32,171 nucleotides of DNA, from IMG/VR virus record IMGVR_UViG_3300025849_000132, positions 1 to 32,171 of that record; one strand, 5' to 3'. Position 1 is the first letter of the stretch; every line of letters starts with the position of its first letter. This stretch comes from a virus. Lineage: Duplodnaviria; Caudoviricetes. The notes beneath the pieces were generated by a model. That model searched no databases, was not told the DNA's origin, and saw only the letters and a program-made list of their open reading frames with translations. The translations under genes and the position numbers were made by a program. This document shows positions 1 to 9,120 of this stretch, piece by piece.

Positions 1-2
1 TT

Positions 3-566
3 AAAAACGCTATTGTATCGTTTGATGTATGGGGACGAGCAGGTAGTAATCTAGAAGGTATTACGTTGGATAATGTTGTATTCTGTGCATTAAACCATGA
101 TTTAGGTAAAATGGGATCCAAAGATGAAGATGCTGTTTTCCCATCTCAAGATAAGTGGAGGAAAGAAAATCTAGGTGAATTGTATAAGTTTAATACTAAT
201 TTAGCATATATGACTGTACCTGATCGTTCATTATTCCTACTTCAGGAAGCTGGAATACCTATCTCTCAAGATGAATACATTGCTATCAGAACTCATGATG
301 GGTTGTTTGATCAAGCTAACGAAGCGTATTTTAAATCATACATTCCAGAGAATAGGTTTAGAACACCTTTAGCATTAATCATCCATGAAGCAGATATGAG
401 AGCAGCGCGTATTGAGTTTGAACAACAATACCTTCCAGTAATCGTTAAAAAGGGGTTGGCTCAGCAATCTGGGAAACGTATATTACCTACTAACAAAACA
501 AATAAATCAAAAGCATTATCATCTGTTAAATCAGCAGGGTTAAAAAATATGCTTGATAACCTATAA
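3..566 (+). CDS. HD-domain phosphohydrolase, 5'-truncated (YhaM-like HD family possible)
   Basis: Frame is open from nt 3 (KNAIVSFDVWG...), so the TTG at 66 is probably not the real start; ALNHDLGK (HD), IRTHDG and IIHEADM motifs. Confidence 0.8.
   Translation, partial: KNAIVSFDVWGRAGSNLEGITLDNVVFCALNHDLGKMGSKDEDAVFPSQDKWRKENLGELYKFNTNLAYMTVPDRSLFLLQEAGIPISQDEYIAIRTHDGLFDQANEAYFKSYIPENRFRTPLALIIHEADMRAARIEFEQQYLPVIVKKGLAQQSGKRILPTNKTNKSKALSSVKSAGLKNMLDNL
456..485 (+). promoter_or_regulatory. Putative host-sigma (Bacteroidota-like) early/middle promoter TTGG-N19-TATATTA
   Basis: Same 19-nt spacing as elements at 24509 and 30569; resembles the Bacteroidota TTTG-N19-21-TAnnTTTG consensus; lies upstream of the membrane protein and sigma genes. 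Confidence 0.45.
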
Positions 567-567
567 T

Positions 568-849
568 ATGATCACAGAACATTATATCATAATCTTATTA
601 TCAGTATTAATCGTTGTATTTCTATACACAACGTTTAATCTGTTACGTAAAAATGAGAAATATGAAGACCTAGTAGAGGGTTATAGAATGTTCATCCTTA
701 GATTCCAGCAACAAGTTAAGGAATCAGATAAACGAATCAAAGAAATCGATTCGAAGGGTACATTCAAAAGTGATGATGAAGTAGGTTACTTTTTCAACGA
801 ATTAAAAAAGATCCAAGACTCATTAACTAACTTCAGAGTCGAGGAATAA
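568..849 (+). CDS. Small membrane-anchored coiled-coil protein, function unknown
   Basis: ATG at 568 follows the HD stop (TAAtATG); N-terminal hydrophobic helix YIIILLSVLIVVFLYTTF followed by a charged helical region. Confidence 0.7.
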   Translation: MITEHYIIILLSVLIVVFLYTTFNLLRKNEKYEDLVEGYRMFILRFQQQVKESDKRIKEIDSKGTFKSDDEVGYFFNELKKIQDSLTNFRVEE

Positions 850-858
850 ACCTACAAC

Positions 859-1563
859 ATGCCAAGAAAAGCAGCACCAGGTAGTTCTAGATACTACTTT
901 ACAGACGAAACTGAAGATGCTATTGTAAGATACAATGCGTCTTCTGATTTCGATGAACGTTCTAAGATTTATGGGGAAGAAATACACTACGCATTCTTCA
1001 AACTAACTCAGAACATCATTCACACATTCAAATTTTATTATACAGAAGTAGATCAGATAGAACATCTTCAACATGAGATTATAACATATCTACTTTCTAA
1101 AATACACTTATTTGACCCATCCAGAGGTGCTAAAGCATATTCTTATTTTGGAACTATTGTAAAACGATGGCTAATCCTATATAATACTAAAAACTATAAG
1201 AAACGAATCCAAAAGGTTGACGCTTCTGAGTTAGATAAAAATGATGACTTTAGATACAATCCAGGTGAGGAAGTAGTTAAAAGTGATTTAGATAAGTATA
1301 TGGATTTATATGTGGCTCACGTATCATCAAATATCTTTGATTTATTTCCTAAAGGTAATGATGCTCAAATCGCAGATGCTATTTTAGAGTTATTTCGTAA
1401 AAGAGAAAATATAGAGATATTTAATAAAAAAGCACTATACATTTATATTAGAGAAATGGTAGATGTTAAAACACCTAAAATCACTCGCATAGCCCAACAA
1501 CTACATACCATATTCAAATCAGAATATTTATTCTATTTAGATAATGGATACGCTAGATTTTAA
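859..1563 (+). CDS. Phage RNA polymerase sigma factor for late transcription (T4 gp55-like)
   Basis: YYFT N-terminus and the sigma region-2-like segment HEIITYLLSKIHLFDPSRGAKAYSYFGTIVKR resemble the gp55 family FDP..K..F.YFTQI motif; located just before the late structural module. Confidence 0.7.
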   Translation: MPRKAAPGSSRYYFTDETEDAIVRYNASSDFDERSKIYGEEIHYAFFKLTQNIIHTFKFYYTEVDQIEHLQHEIITYLLSKIHLFDPSRGAKAYSYFGTIVKRWLILYNTKNYKKRIQKVDASELDKNDDFRYNPGEEVVKSDLDKYMDLYVAHVSSNIFDLFPKGNDAQIADAILELFRKRENIEIFNKKALYIYIREMVDVKTPKITRIAQQLHTIFKSEYLFYLDNGYARF

Positions 1564-1570
1564 TATCTAA

Positions 1571-1580
1571 TATTTATAAT
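1571..1580 (+). promoter_or_regulatory. Putative late promoter TATTTATAAT
   Basis: Intergenic, 8 nt before ATG 1589; recurs at five other intergenic gaps. Confidence 0.75.
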
Positions 1581-1588
1581 AAAATATT

Positions 1589-1930
1589 ATGGGTAAGTTT
1601 GACGACAAAATATTTGGAAAGAAGAAGTTCTCAGATATACTTCAAGAAATCCACGAAAATCAAAATACTAGAGGTGCTCAAATCATAGGTTTAATTTCAG
1701 AGTTAAAACCACTAATCGAAGATATTGGTGATGCTACTCTTATAGTTCCATTAATCAAAGAATACATGGAATTAGGTATTAAAAACGATGAAGTACTAGT
1801 TAAAATGGCTACTATAGTCCAGAGAGCAACCCAAAATAAGGGTGGTGATGTTGAAACTACACTATTAACTGAGGAAGAAAAAGCACAACTTTTAGGAGAA
1901 ATAAAGAACCTTCCAGAATCAACTAAGTAA
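1589..1930 (+). CDS. Small helical hypothetical protein (terminase small subunit-like possible)
   Basis: 113-aa ORF after a late motif, TAATG-coupled to the next gene; two long amphipathic helices; function is a guess. Confidence 0.6.
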   Translation: MGKFDDKIFGKKKFSDILQEIHENQNTRGAQIIGLISELKPLIEDIGDATLIVPLIKEYMELGIKNDEVLVKMATIVQRATQNKGGDVETTLLTEEEKAQLLGEIKNLPESTK

Positions 1931-3198
1931 TGTCTACATTAGGATTTGCAGCATTAAATAATAACTTAAATCAAGTTGATGTATCTGGCTTAGCAGTTAG
2001 AGCAAATAACTTAGATAATACCTTCCAAACTGGTAGAGTATTAAACGTTATATTAGATGAAAACTCAAATAACTTTGAGAGTTATGGTGAGTGGAATGGT
2101 ATTGGTACTATTGAGTTTGAACTAGTAAACTATCAATCACCTAGAGAAGGAGGTAAAACCATTGCAACTCCACTATTATCTAATAGTAAAAAATATCCCT
2201 TAGTAAACGAGTTAGTATTAATATTTAGACTACCAGATACAGGTTTAGGTACTCGTACTGGTTCAGAAAAGTTTTATTATTTAAATACTATTTCACTTTG
2301 GAATCACCCACATCATAACGCATATCCAAACCCCTTAAAACCACAAGCAGACGAACAAACACAAGACTATACCCAAACATCAGGTGGAAACGTTAGACGA
2401 GTTAAGGATGGTTCAACTGAAATAGACTTAAACGGAGAATCAGGTGGTACTTTTGTAGAAGAAACTAATATACATCCTATTTTACCTTTTGCTGGTGATA
2501 ATATAGTTGAAGGTAGATTTGGAAATAGTATACGATTAGGTAATACATCCAAAACAGACTCAGAATATTCTAACGATTGGTCTGAAAACGGAGATGATGG
2601 TTCACCTATTACTATTGTTAGAAATGGTCAACCAGAAGACTCATCAGAGTTAGGATGGTTACCTGTTACTGAGGATGTTAATAAAGATTTATCATCTATT
2701 TATCTAACTTCAAATCAAAAAATACCTTTAGAGTTAGATAACGAATTATATGAAGCGTTTGAAGAATCACCCATATCAACTCCAGAATATTTAGAAAATC
2801 AAATCATATTAAATAGTGGTAGATTAGTATTAAACTCAAAAACTGATTCAGTATTAATATCTGCCAATAAACAAATAGCAATAACATCCATAGGTACAGT
2901 AGGTATATCTTCAGATAATAGTATTAACTTAGTATCAAATAAAGTAAATCTAGGATCAAAAGATGCAAGTCAATCCTTAGTTTTAGGTGATGATTTCATG
3001 CAGCAGTTTAAATCCCTATTAACAGGTATAAAAAACGTTTGTGCTGCTTTAGAAATGGATCAAAATTGGCCTGGTGGTGCGCCTGTTCCTAATGTCCCTG
3101 TTAACGCAGCGGCTACAAACACTAAGGCAGTAACTCAATCCATTATTAACTTAGTTAAAAACGATAAACTAATCTCTAAAGTTAGTAGAACTAAATAA
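1930..3198 (+). CDS. Baseplate hub/central spike protein (T4 gp5/VgrG-like, no evident lysozyme domain)
   Basis: N-terminal OB-fold-like pattern (GRVLNVI...PLVNELVLI...YYLN), GDNIVEGRFGNSIRLG, C-terminal beta-strand repeats (QIILNSGRLVLNSK.DSVLISANK) and LVLGD; upstream of gp25/gp6-like genes. Confidence 0.65.
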   Translation: MSTLGFAALNNNLNQVDVSGLAVRANNLDNTFQTGRVLNVILDENSNNFESYGEWNGIGTIEFELVNYQSPREGGKTIATPLLSNSKKYPLVNELVLIFRLPDTGLGTRTGSEKFYYLNTISLWNHPHHNAYPNPLKPQADEQTQDYTQTSGGNVRRVKDGSTEIDLNGESGGTFVEETNIHPILPFAGDNIVEGRFGNSIRLGNTSKTDSEYSNDWSENGDDGSPITIVRNGQPEDSSELGWLPVTEDVNKDLSSIYLTSNQKIPLELDNELYEAFEESPISTPEYLENQIILNSGRLVLNSKTDSVLISANKQIAITSIGTVGISSDNSINLVSNKVNLGSKDASQSLVLGDDFMQQFKSLLTGIKNVCAALEMDQNWPGGAPVPNVPVNAAATNTKAVTQSIINLVKNDKLISKVSRTK

Positions 3199-4895
3199 TG
3201 GCAAACGACAAATATATTTTATCGAATGATTACTATGTAGAGATTGAAACCTTTGGTCCTGAAAGTTACGCTATATTATATGATCCTTCTGGATTAAAAG
3301 TAAATGAAGGTCCAAGAACCATTGGTGCTCCCCTTTTAATCTTAGTTAAAGAAATAATCAATGATTACACACCAACAGGTAGGGTAAACGACACTAGTAA
3401 TTGGATAAACCTTCCAACTGTAGTTAGAGAAGAGGTAGCACCTAAACCCACTAAAGTTGAAATAAAGGGTAGAGTAATAGATTCTAATACTAGTGAAGGA
3501 TTACGTGGGGTTAAAGTTAATTTAGATAAGTTTCTAACAACCACCCAACCAGGAGGTGGTTTCACATTACGAATAACCATTGAACCAGGTGAAAAACCCC
3601 CTGAAGGTAATATAGAGTTTTCATTATCAAAATACGAACCTAAAAACACCCCAGCGTTAAAGTTAGATGGTACCCTTAAAAATCGTATTAACGTTATTGA
3701 GTTAAATACTATTGCTAAATCTTTAGAAAAGGAAACAGCTAATGCCTTAATTATAGATGAAGATGATATTAATAAGATGAACTCCTTCAATCTTAAATCA
3801 GCTGAAGCTATTATAACCGAAACTATTAATAAGGAAGTAAATAAAATAAATGAAAGATTAGTACCTTTTGCTTTAAACCTCCTAGCGCAGTTTGGTATAA
3901 CTGCTTTAAACCAACTAGCTAAAAAAACATGCCCTCCTTTAGGTGGTATAAGTAAACTTATTAATAAAAAGAATAAACTAACAAGACAGTTAAATACCAT
4001 ATTAAAAGTAGCTAGTAAAATACAAACAGTAGCTACAATATTAAAAGCTTTAGTATTAGCCTTTAAAGTAGTTAGAAAACTAATAAATGTCAACCCAATA
4101 CCCTCAACCATAGGTTTACCACCAGGTCCAGCAGGGGGTGTTATTATATCTACTTCCTTAGGTAAAATATCAACAATAGAAGATAAAAAAGATAAACTAA
4201 CCAAACTAGTAGATAAGTTTGGAAATGTTGTAGGAATATTAACTCCAACAGCGATCCCAATTATTTCTGCTTTAACTAAAGTATTAAACTTATTAAGCGC
4301 AATAGATAGTTTAATAGGAGAGTGTCTGGATGAAGCAAGACAAGCTGTAATAGATGAGTTAAATAATGAATGGAAACCCCAATTTGATTACCTATTCCAA
4401 GATACAGTAATATATAATGGAAACCAATATTCAGCTACAGAATCACATACATCCAATGATAATAACTCTCCAATAAATGGTGGGCCTTGGTTACTACTTG
4501 GAGATAAAATAACTCTTGATAATGTTGATTTTGAAACAATAAGTGATTCTAAAATAAGAAGAATATTAGGTATCTCTCCTAACGCAGATTTTAATGTACA
4601 AGACCTATTATCAGGAACTTATCTACAGGTACAACTAGATGAAGAACTTACCAATATTAATAAAGAAACAGCAGAATCTGGTACACCTACAACTACTGAA
4701 TATAATGGGTTTATCTTAGGTATTGAAACACAAGAAGGAAAAACCAATGGAGACCTAAAACGTCGCTATGCTGTTGGTAAAGATAGCCAAGGTGTTGTTG
4801 TAGTTAAAGGAGAACCATCATTTGCCTCATCAGATCAAATACTAATAAACGAACTTATATTCACTATTGACAAAAACGATTTAAAACCAAACTAA
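3198..4895 (+). CDS. Multidomain virion-associated protein (carboxypeptidase-regulatory-like domain, long amphipathic helices, CBM5/12-like module)
   Basis: KGRVIDSNTSEGLRGVKV; helical region around PIPSTIGLPPGPAGG; W...Y...DTVIYNGNQYSA...P..GGPW. Confidence 0.6.
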   Translation: MANDKYILSNDYYVEIETFGPESYAILYDPSGLKVNEGPRTIGAPLLILVKEIINDYTPTGRVNDTSNWINLPTVVREEVAPKPTKVEIKGRVIDSNTSEGLRGVKVNLDKFLTTTQPGGGFTLRITIEPGEKPPEGNIEFSLSKYEPKNTPALKLDGTLKNRINVIELNTIAKSLEKETANALIIDEDDINKMNSFNLKSAEAIITETINKEVNKINERLVPFALNLLAQFGITALNQLAKKTCPPLGGISKLINKKNKLTRQLNTILKVASKIQTVATILKALVLAFKVVRKLINVNPIPSTIGLPPGPAGGVIISTSLGKISTIEDKKDKLTKLVDKFGNVVGILTPTAIPIISALTKVLNLLSAIDSLIGECLDEARQAVIDELNNEWKPQFDYLFQDTVIYNGNQYSATESHTSNDNNSPINGGPWLLLGDKITLDNVDFETISDSKIRRILGISPNADFNVQDLLSGTYLQVQLDEELTNINKETAESGTPTTTEYNGFILGIETQEGKTNGDLKRRYAVGKDSQGVVVVKGEPSFASSDQILINELIFTIDKNDLKPN

Positions 4896-4900
4896 CGTTA

Positions 4901-4910
4901 TATTTATAAT
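4901..4910 (+). promoter_or_regulatory. Putative late promoter TATTTATAAT
   Basis: In the 18-nt gap, 3 nt before ATG 4914. Confidence 0.75.
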
Positions 4911-4913
4911 CAT

Positions 4914-5261
4914 ATGAAACTAGCAGAACTTAAAAAAACACTAAAAGAAGTAGTAAAGGAAGTAATCCAAGAGGAACTAAAGGACATTTTATTGGAGGCA
5001 GTTAAGTCAAATAAACAACCAATAAACGAACAACCAACTTATTCACCACCCTCCCAACCTGCTACCCCTGAAGTAAAACAGAATATCAGAGAAAACTATA
5101 TGAACGTTTTAGGTGATATGAAAAAGCAATTTACATCAGGAGACGTAGCACCACGACAAGGTTTACAAATCAATGGTCCTGTTGATACAACATCACCAAA
5201 TGGTAAGTTACCTGAAGGCGAAGTATCGATGGATCAGATAATGGGTATAATGAATAAATAA
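4914..5261 (+). CDS. Hypothetical protein with charged N-terminal helix
   Basis: MKLAELKKTLKEVVKEVIQEELKDILLEAV then a P/Q-rich linker; TAATG coupling to the gp25-like gene. Confidence 0.7.
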   Translation: MKLAELKKTLKEVVKEVIQEELKDILLEAVKSNKQPINEQPTYSPPSQPATPEVKQNIRENYMNVLGDMKKQFTSGDVAPRQGLQINGPVDTTSPNGKLPEGEVSMDQIMGIMNK

Positions 5262-5668
5262 TGGCATTCGGAGAAAGACAAATATTTCCTAACGATTTAC
5301 GACCTAGAGTCGCTATAGGTGTAGCTTTACCCTTTAGTGCTCCGGCTGTCTTTAACCAAACATTTCAAACTAAGGATGCTATAAAATACAACTTAGTTAA
5401 CTATTTATTAACGAACCCCGGAGAACGAATAGCTAATCCTACTTTTGGGGCAGGTTTAAAAAACTTTCTATTCGAACAAATAGAAAACGATAACCTAGAT
5501 GGTTTAGAAGAAAATATACAACAGGGTATAAACGAGAATATTCCTAACGTTATCATAGATAATTTAGAAGTAACATCAAACCCAGATCAATATACAGTGA
5601 CAATCTCACTAAAATATAGTATTGCTCAAACTGGATTAACAGATAAAGTTGAGTTAACATTTCAATAA
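5261..5668 (+). CDS. Baseplate wedge protein, GPW/gp25 family
   Basis: IKYNLVNYLLTNPGERIANPTFGAGLKNFLFE matches the gp25 signature (LLT..GER...P.FG..L...LFE); 135 aa. Confidence 0.9.
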   Translation: MAFGERQIFPNDLRPRVAIGVALPFSAPAVFNQTFQTKDAIKYNLVNYLLTNPGERIANPTFGAGLKNFLFEQIENDNLDGLEENIQQGINENIPNVIIDNLEVTSNPDQYTVTISLKYSIAQTGLTDKVELTFQ

Positions 5669-7506
5669 TGGCAAAAGTAAAAAGAGACATATCGTATTTA
5701 AATAAGGATTTTGGTGATTTCAGAAATCAGTTAATAAACTTTTCTAAAACATACTTCCCAACAACCTATACAGACTTTTCTCCAGCATCACCAGGTATGA
5801 TGTTTATGGAACAAGCATCTTATGTAGGTGATGTTTTAAGTTTTTATTTAGATAATCAACTTCAAGAGACGTTTATACAATATGCTAGACAAACGAATAA
5901 CTTATTCGATTTAGCATATATGTTTGGTTACACTCCTAAAGTAACATCTTTAGCAACCACCAAACTAGACATATTTCAAATAGTGCCTGCTAAAACTGTA
6001 GGTACAGGTTCACAACCTGATTTTTCATACGCTCTTGATTTTCCTGAAAACACAACAGTTACAGGAGATAGTCAAACCTTTACTATTCAAGATAATATTG
6101 ATTTCACTGTATCATCATCTCAAGATCCTACACTAATAACTGTAGCTCAAGTAAATGGTGCTACACCAACTTATTACTTATTAAATAAAAAACGTAACGC
6201 AACATCAGGTGATATCCAAACAACAACTTTTTCGTTTGGGACACATCAAGAGTTTCCAACTGTTGATTTACAAGGAGAAAATATAGCTCAAATATTAGAT
6301 GTATTTGACTCTGAGGGTAATGAATGGTATCAAGTTAGTGCCTTAGGACAAGATTCAGTTTATGATAAAATCAAAAACACAAACGTAAACGATCCTAATA
6401 ACTCTAACGGTTCAGAAGATACACCTTATATTTTACAACTAAAACAAGTACAAAGACGATTTGCTACTAGATTTGTAGATAACAGAACACTCCAAATCCA
6501 GTTTGGATCAGGTAATGCTGAAGCAAACGATGAAGAGATTATACCAAACCCACATAACGTAGGTTTAGGTTTACCTTATACTCAAGATAAACTTACAACA
6601 GCTTATTCACCTACTAACTTTATTTTTACAAATACTTATGGTATAGCACCATCAAATACTACACTAACAGTTCGATATACCACTGGTGGTGGTGTTGCGT
6701 CTAACGTCGCTGCAAATACGTTAACCAACGTTGATACTACAAATGCGACGTTTATACAACCAACACTAAACTCATCGTTAGCTCAATATGTTTTTGATTC
6801 AGTAGCAGTAAATAACTCAGAAGCAGCAACTGGGGGAGCAGATGGTGATTCAATAGAAGAAATAAGACAAAACACAATATCTAGTTATGGTACTCAGCTA
6901 CGAAACGTAACTGCAGATGACTATTTAGTACGTACTTTATCAATGCCATCTAACTTTGGAAATATATCTAAAGCGCATGTTCAAAAACCAACTAATGTTA
7001 ACTCAAATACAACGTTAGAGATTTACACTTTATCTTATGATATAAATAAAAATCTAAGAACAGCATCAACAGCTTTAAAAGAAAACTTATCAACATATTT
7101 AAACCAGTATAAGATGATAGGTGATTCAATCACTATCAAAGATGCTTACATAGTAAATATAGCTGTTGATTTTGAAATTATAACATTACCTAACTATAAC
7201 AATAACGAAGTAATACGTAACTGTTTAACTACGTTAATAGATTTCTTTAATGCAGATAAATGGCAGATTAACCAACCTATTATTTTAAGAAATATAAATG
7301 TTTTATTAGATCAAGTAACAGGAGTACAGACAGTAAAACAAGTAACAATAACCAACAAAGCTGGTATATCTGAAGGATATTCTCAATATGGCTATGACGT
7401 TGAAGGTGCTACACAAAGTGGTGTAATATACCCCTCAATCGATCCCTCTATATTTGAAGTAAAATATCCTAATAGAGATATTAGTGGTAGAGTAGTAACA
7501 TTCTAA
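5668..7506 (+). CDS. Baseplate wedge subunit (T4 gp6 / baseplate J-like)
   Basis: YLNKDF..FRNQL, SYVGDVLSFYLD, LAYMFGY.P, IQFGSG, VRYTTGGG, GGADGDSIEEIR, RNVTADDY motifs; follows gp25. Confidence 0.88.
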   Translation: MAKVKRDISYLNKDFGDFRNQLINFSKTYFPTTYTDFSPASPGMMFMEQASYVGDVLSFYLDNQLQETFIQYARQTNNLFDLAYMFGYTPKVTSLATTKLDIFQIVPAKTVGTGSQPDFSYALDFPENTTVTGDSQTFTIQDNIDFTVSSSQDPTLITVAQVNGATPTYYLLNKKRNATSGDIQTTTFSFGTHQEFPTVDLQGENIAQILDVFDSEGNEWYQVSALGQDSVYDKIKNTNVNDPNNSNGSEDTPYILQLKQVQRRFATRFVDNRTLQIQFGSGNAEANDEEIIPNPHNVGLGLPYTQDKLTTAYSPTNFIFTNTYGIAPSNTTLTVRYTTGGGVASNVAANTLTNVDTTNATFIQPTLNSSLAQYVFDSVAVNNSEAATGGADGDSIEEIRQNTISSYGTQLRNVTADDYLVRTLSMPSNFGNISKAHVQKPTNVNSNTTLEIYTLSYDINKNLRTASTALKENLSTYLNQYKMIGDSITIKDAYIVNIAVDFEIITLPNYNNNEVIRNCLTTLIDFFNADKWQINQPIILRNINVLLDQVTGVQTVKQVTITNKAGISEGYSQYGYDVEGATQSGVIYPSIDPSIFEVKYPNRDISGRVVTF

Positions 7507-7507
7507 T

Positions 7508-8764
7508 ATGGCAGTATATAAAATCTTTGCGGTAAACGATGCCACTATGTATAGTGAATATCCCTTAATGAATACAGGGTTAGACGCTATGAATGAGTCT
7601 CGTAATTGGAAAAATCCATTAATAGATTTATCTAATCCAGTATATCATCCTAACTTATGGGGTGATGTAGGAGAAACTTGGGTTAGTAGTTCAATAACAT
7701 ACAATACAGAATCTTTAGAAGGATATACTTCAACAGCAGTATCTCGTTTCCTAATAAAGTTTGATCAAGATGATATTAATTATGTTTTTGATAACATAGT
7801 TAAAGAAGATCCCTATGATGTTCATTTAAAATCTTATGTAGCAACAGCTCAAGGTATAGCTCAAAACTCAAAGTTAGAGGTATTTCCCGTAGCATATGAT
7901 TGGACTAACGGTACTGGTCACTATGGTAATAAACCTGAAATAACCGATGGTGTAAGTTGGGAGCAACGAAATAATAATTTTTCAAACAATTTATGGCCTT
8001 CAAGTTCACTACCTGATTACCAACATTATGAGTCTATCGATGCATCACCAGGAGGTGGAGTTTGGTATACAGGTTCAACAAATCCAAATATAGATTTATC
8101 ATCTGCATCACAATCATACGATGTTAGAACTAAAAAAGATTTAGATGTTAAAGTAACTGACATAGTTGATGTTTGGTATTCACAATCTAAAGGTATTAAT
8201 CCATATACAACTATAGACAACAACGGGTTTATAGTTAAGTGGACTGGAAGTTTAGAGTTTGAACCTTCATCTTCTATAGTACCTCAAATCAAGTTTTACT
8301 CATCAGATACCTATACAATATACCCACCTGAACTTTGTGTTAAGTGGGATGATTCAGATTTTACTACTGGATCATTAAGTGTTATAGACGACACAGATAT
8401 TTACATGGCGTTAGATGAAAACCCAGGTGTGTTTTATGAGGATAGTATTAACCGTTTTAGAGTCAACTGTAGACCTAAATACCCAGTTCGTACTTTCCAA
8501 ACCGCATCATCATACACTCAAAACTATCTTTTACCATCTAGTTCATACTACGCTATTAAAGATTTAGATACTAACGAATACGTTGTTGATTTTGACGAAA
8601 ACTATACTAAAATATCTGCGGATCCACAATCATCATACTTTACAGTTTATATGAACGGTTTAGAACCAGAACGTCAATATCAAATATTAATTAAAACGTT
8701 TGTAGGAAACGAAATAATAGTATACAAAGATAATAACTTTAACTTTAAAGTTCAAAATGGATAG
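7508..8764 (+). CDS. Virion/baseplate structural protein, beta-rich
   Basis: 418-aa ORF in the baseplate operon; DAT.YS...N.G, SRFLIKFD, NNGFIVK, FYSSDTYTIYPP motifs. Confidence 0.6.
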   Translation: MAVYKIFAVNDATMYSEYPLMNTGLDAMNESRNWKNPLIDLSNPVYHPNLWGDVGETWVSSSITYNTESLEGYTSTAVSRFLIKFDQDDINYVFDNIVKEDPYDVHLKSYVATAQGIAQNSKLEVFPVAYDWTNGTGHYGNKPEITDGVSWEQRNNNFSNNLWPSSSLPDYQHYESIDASPGGGVWYTGSTNPNIDLSSASQSYDVRTKKDLDVKVTDIVDVWYSQSKGINPYTTIDNNGFIVKWTGSLEFEPSSSIVPQIKFYSSDTYTIYPPELCVKWDDSDFTTGSLSVIDDTDIYMALDENPGVFYEDSINRFRVNCRPKYPVRTFQTASSYTQNYLLPSSSYYAIKDLDTNEYVVDFDENYTKISADPQSSYFTVYMNGLEPERQYQILIKTFVGNEIIVYKDNNFNFKVQNG

Positions 8765-8766
8765 TT

Positions 8767-9120
8767 ATGTCAGAAAAAAGAGTAGACCTTCAAAAAGAAG
8801 TATTTAATAAACTTGATTATCCAAGAACTATTAAAACAACATTTACTGAACTAAGTGTACCTACAGTCAATGACGATTTAGAAACACAAGTTACAGTTGA
8901 AGATTTTTTTAACCTTTACAACGAGTTATTTTATGATATCCCTGCGGAAGGTGATAGCAACTCCCATGCTTTTTTAGTAAGAACATCAGGTGAGTATATT
9001 TCATTTGATGAAACAGACGCAGAAATAGAGGCATTAAGAAATGAAATAACAACACTTAGGGAAGATAATTTGGAGTTAGAAAAAGAAATAATTACCTTAT
9101 CTAATCCTACAACTACATAA
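8767..9120 (+). CDS. Small structural protein with C-terminal coiled coil
   Basis: EIEALRNEITTLREDNLELEKEI heptads; TAATG coupling to the next gene. Confidence 0.65.
   Translation: MSEKRVDLQKEVFNKLDYPRTIKTTFTELSVPTVNDDLETQVTVEDFFNLYNELFYDIPAEGDSNSHAFLVRTSGEYISFDETDAEIEALRNEITTLREDNLELEKEIITLSNPTTT

Noticed and set aside
3365-4204. 279-aa minus-strand ORF
   Set aside because: Lies entirely antisense to the 565-aa gene; its composition is a codon-bias shadow with no recognisable motif
1930-7506. Bacterial contractile injection system (eCIS/T6SS) rather than phage
   Set aside because: Linked primase, exonuclease, gp55-like sigma and phage-style promoters favour a phage genome
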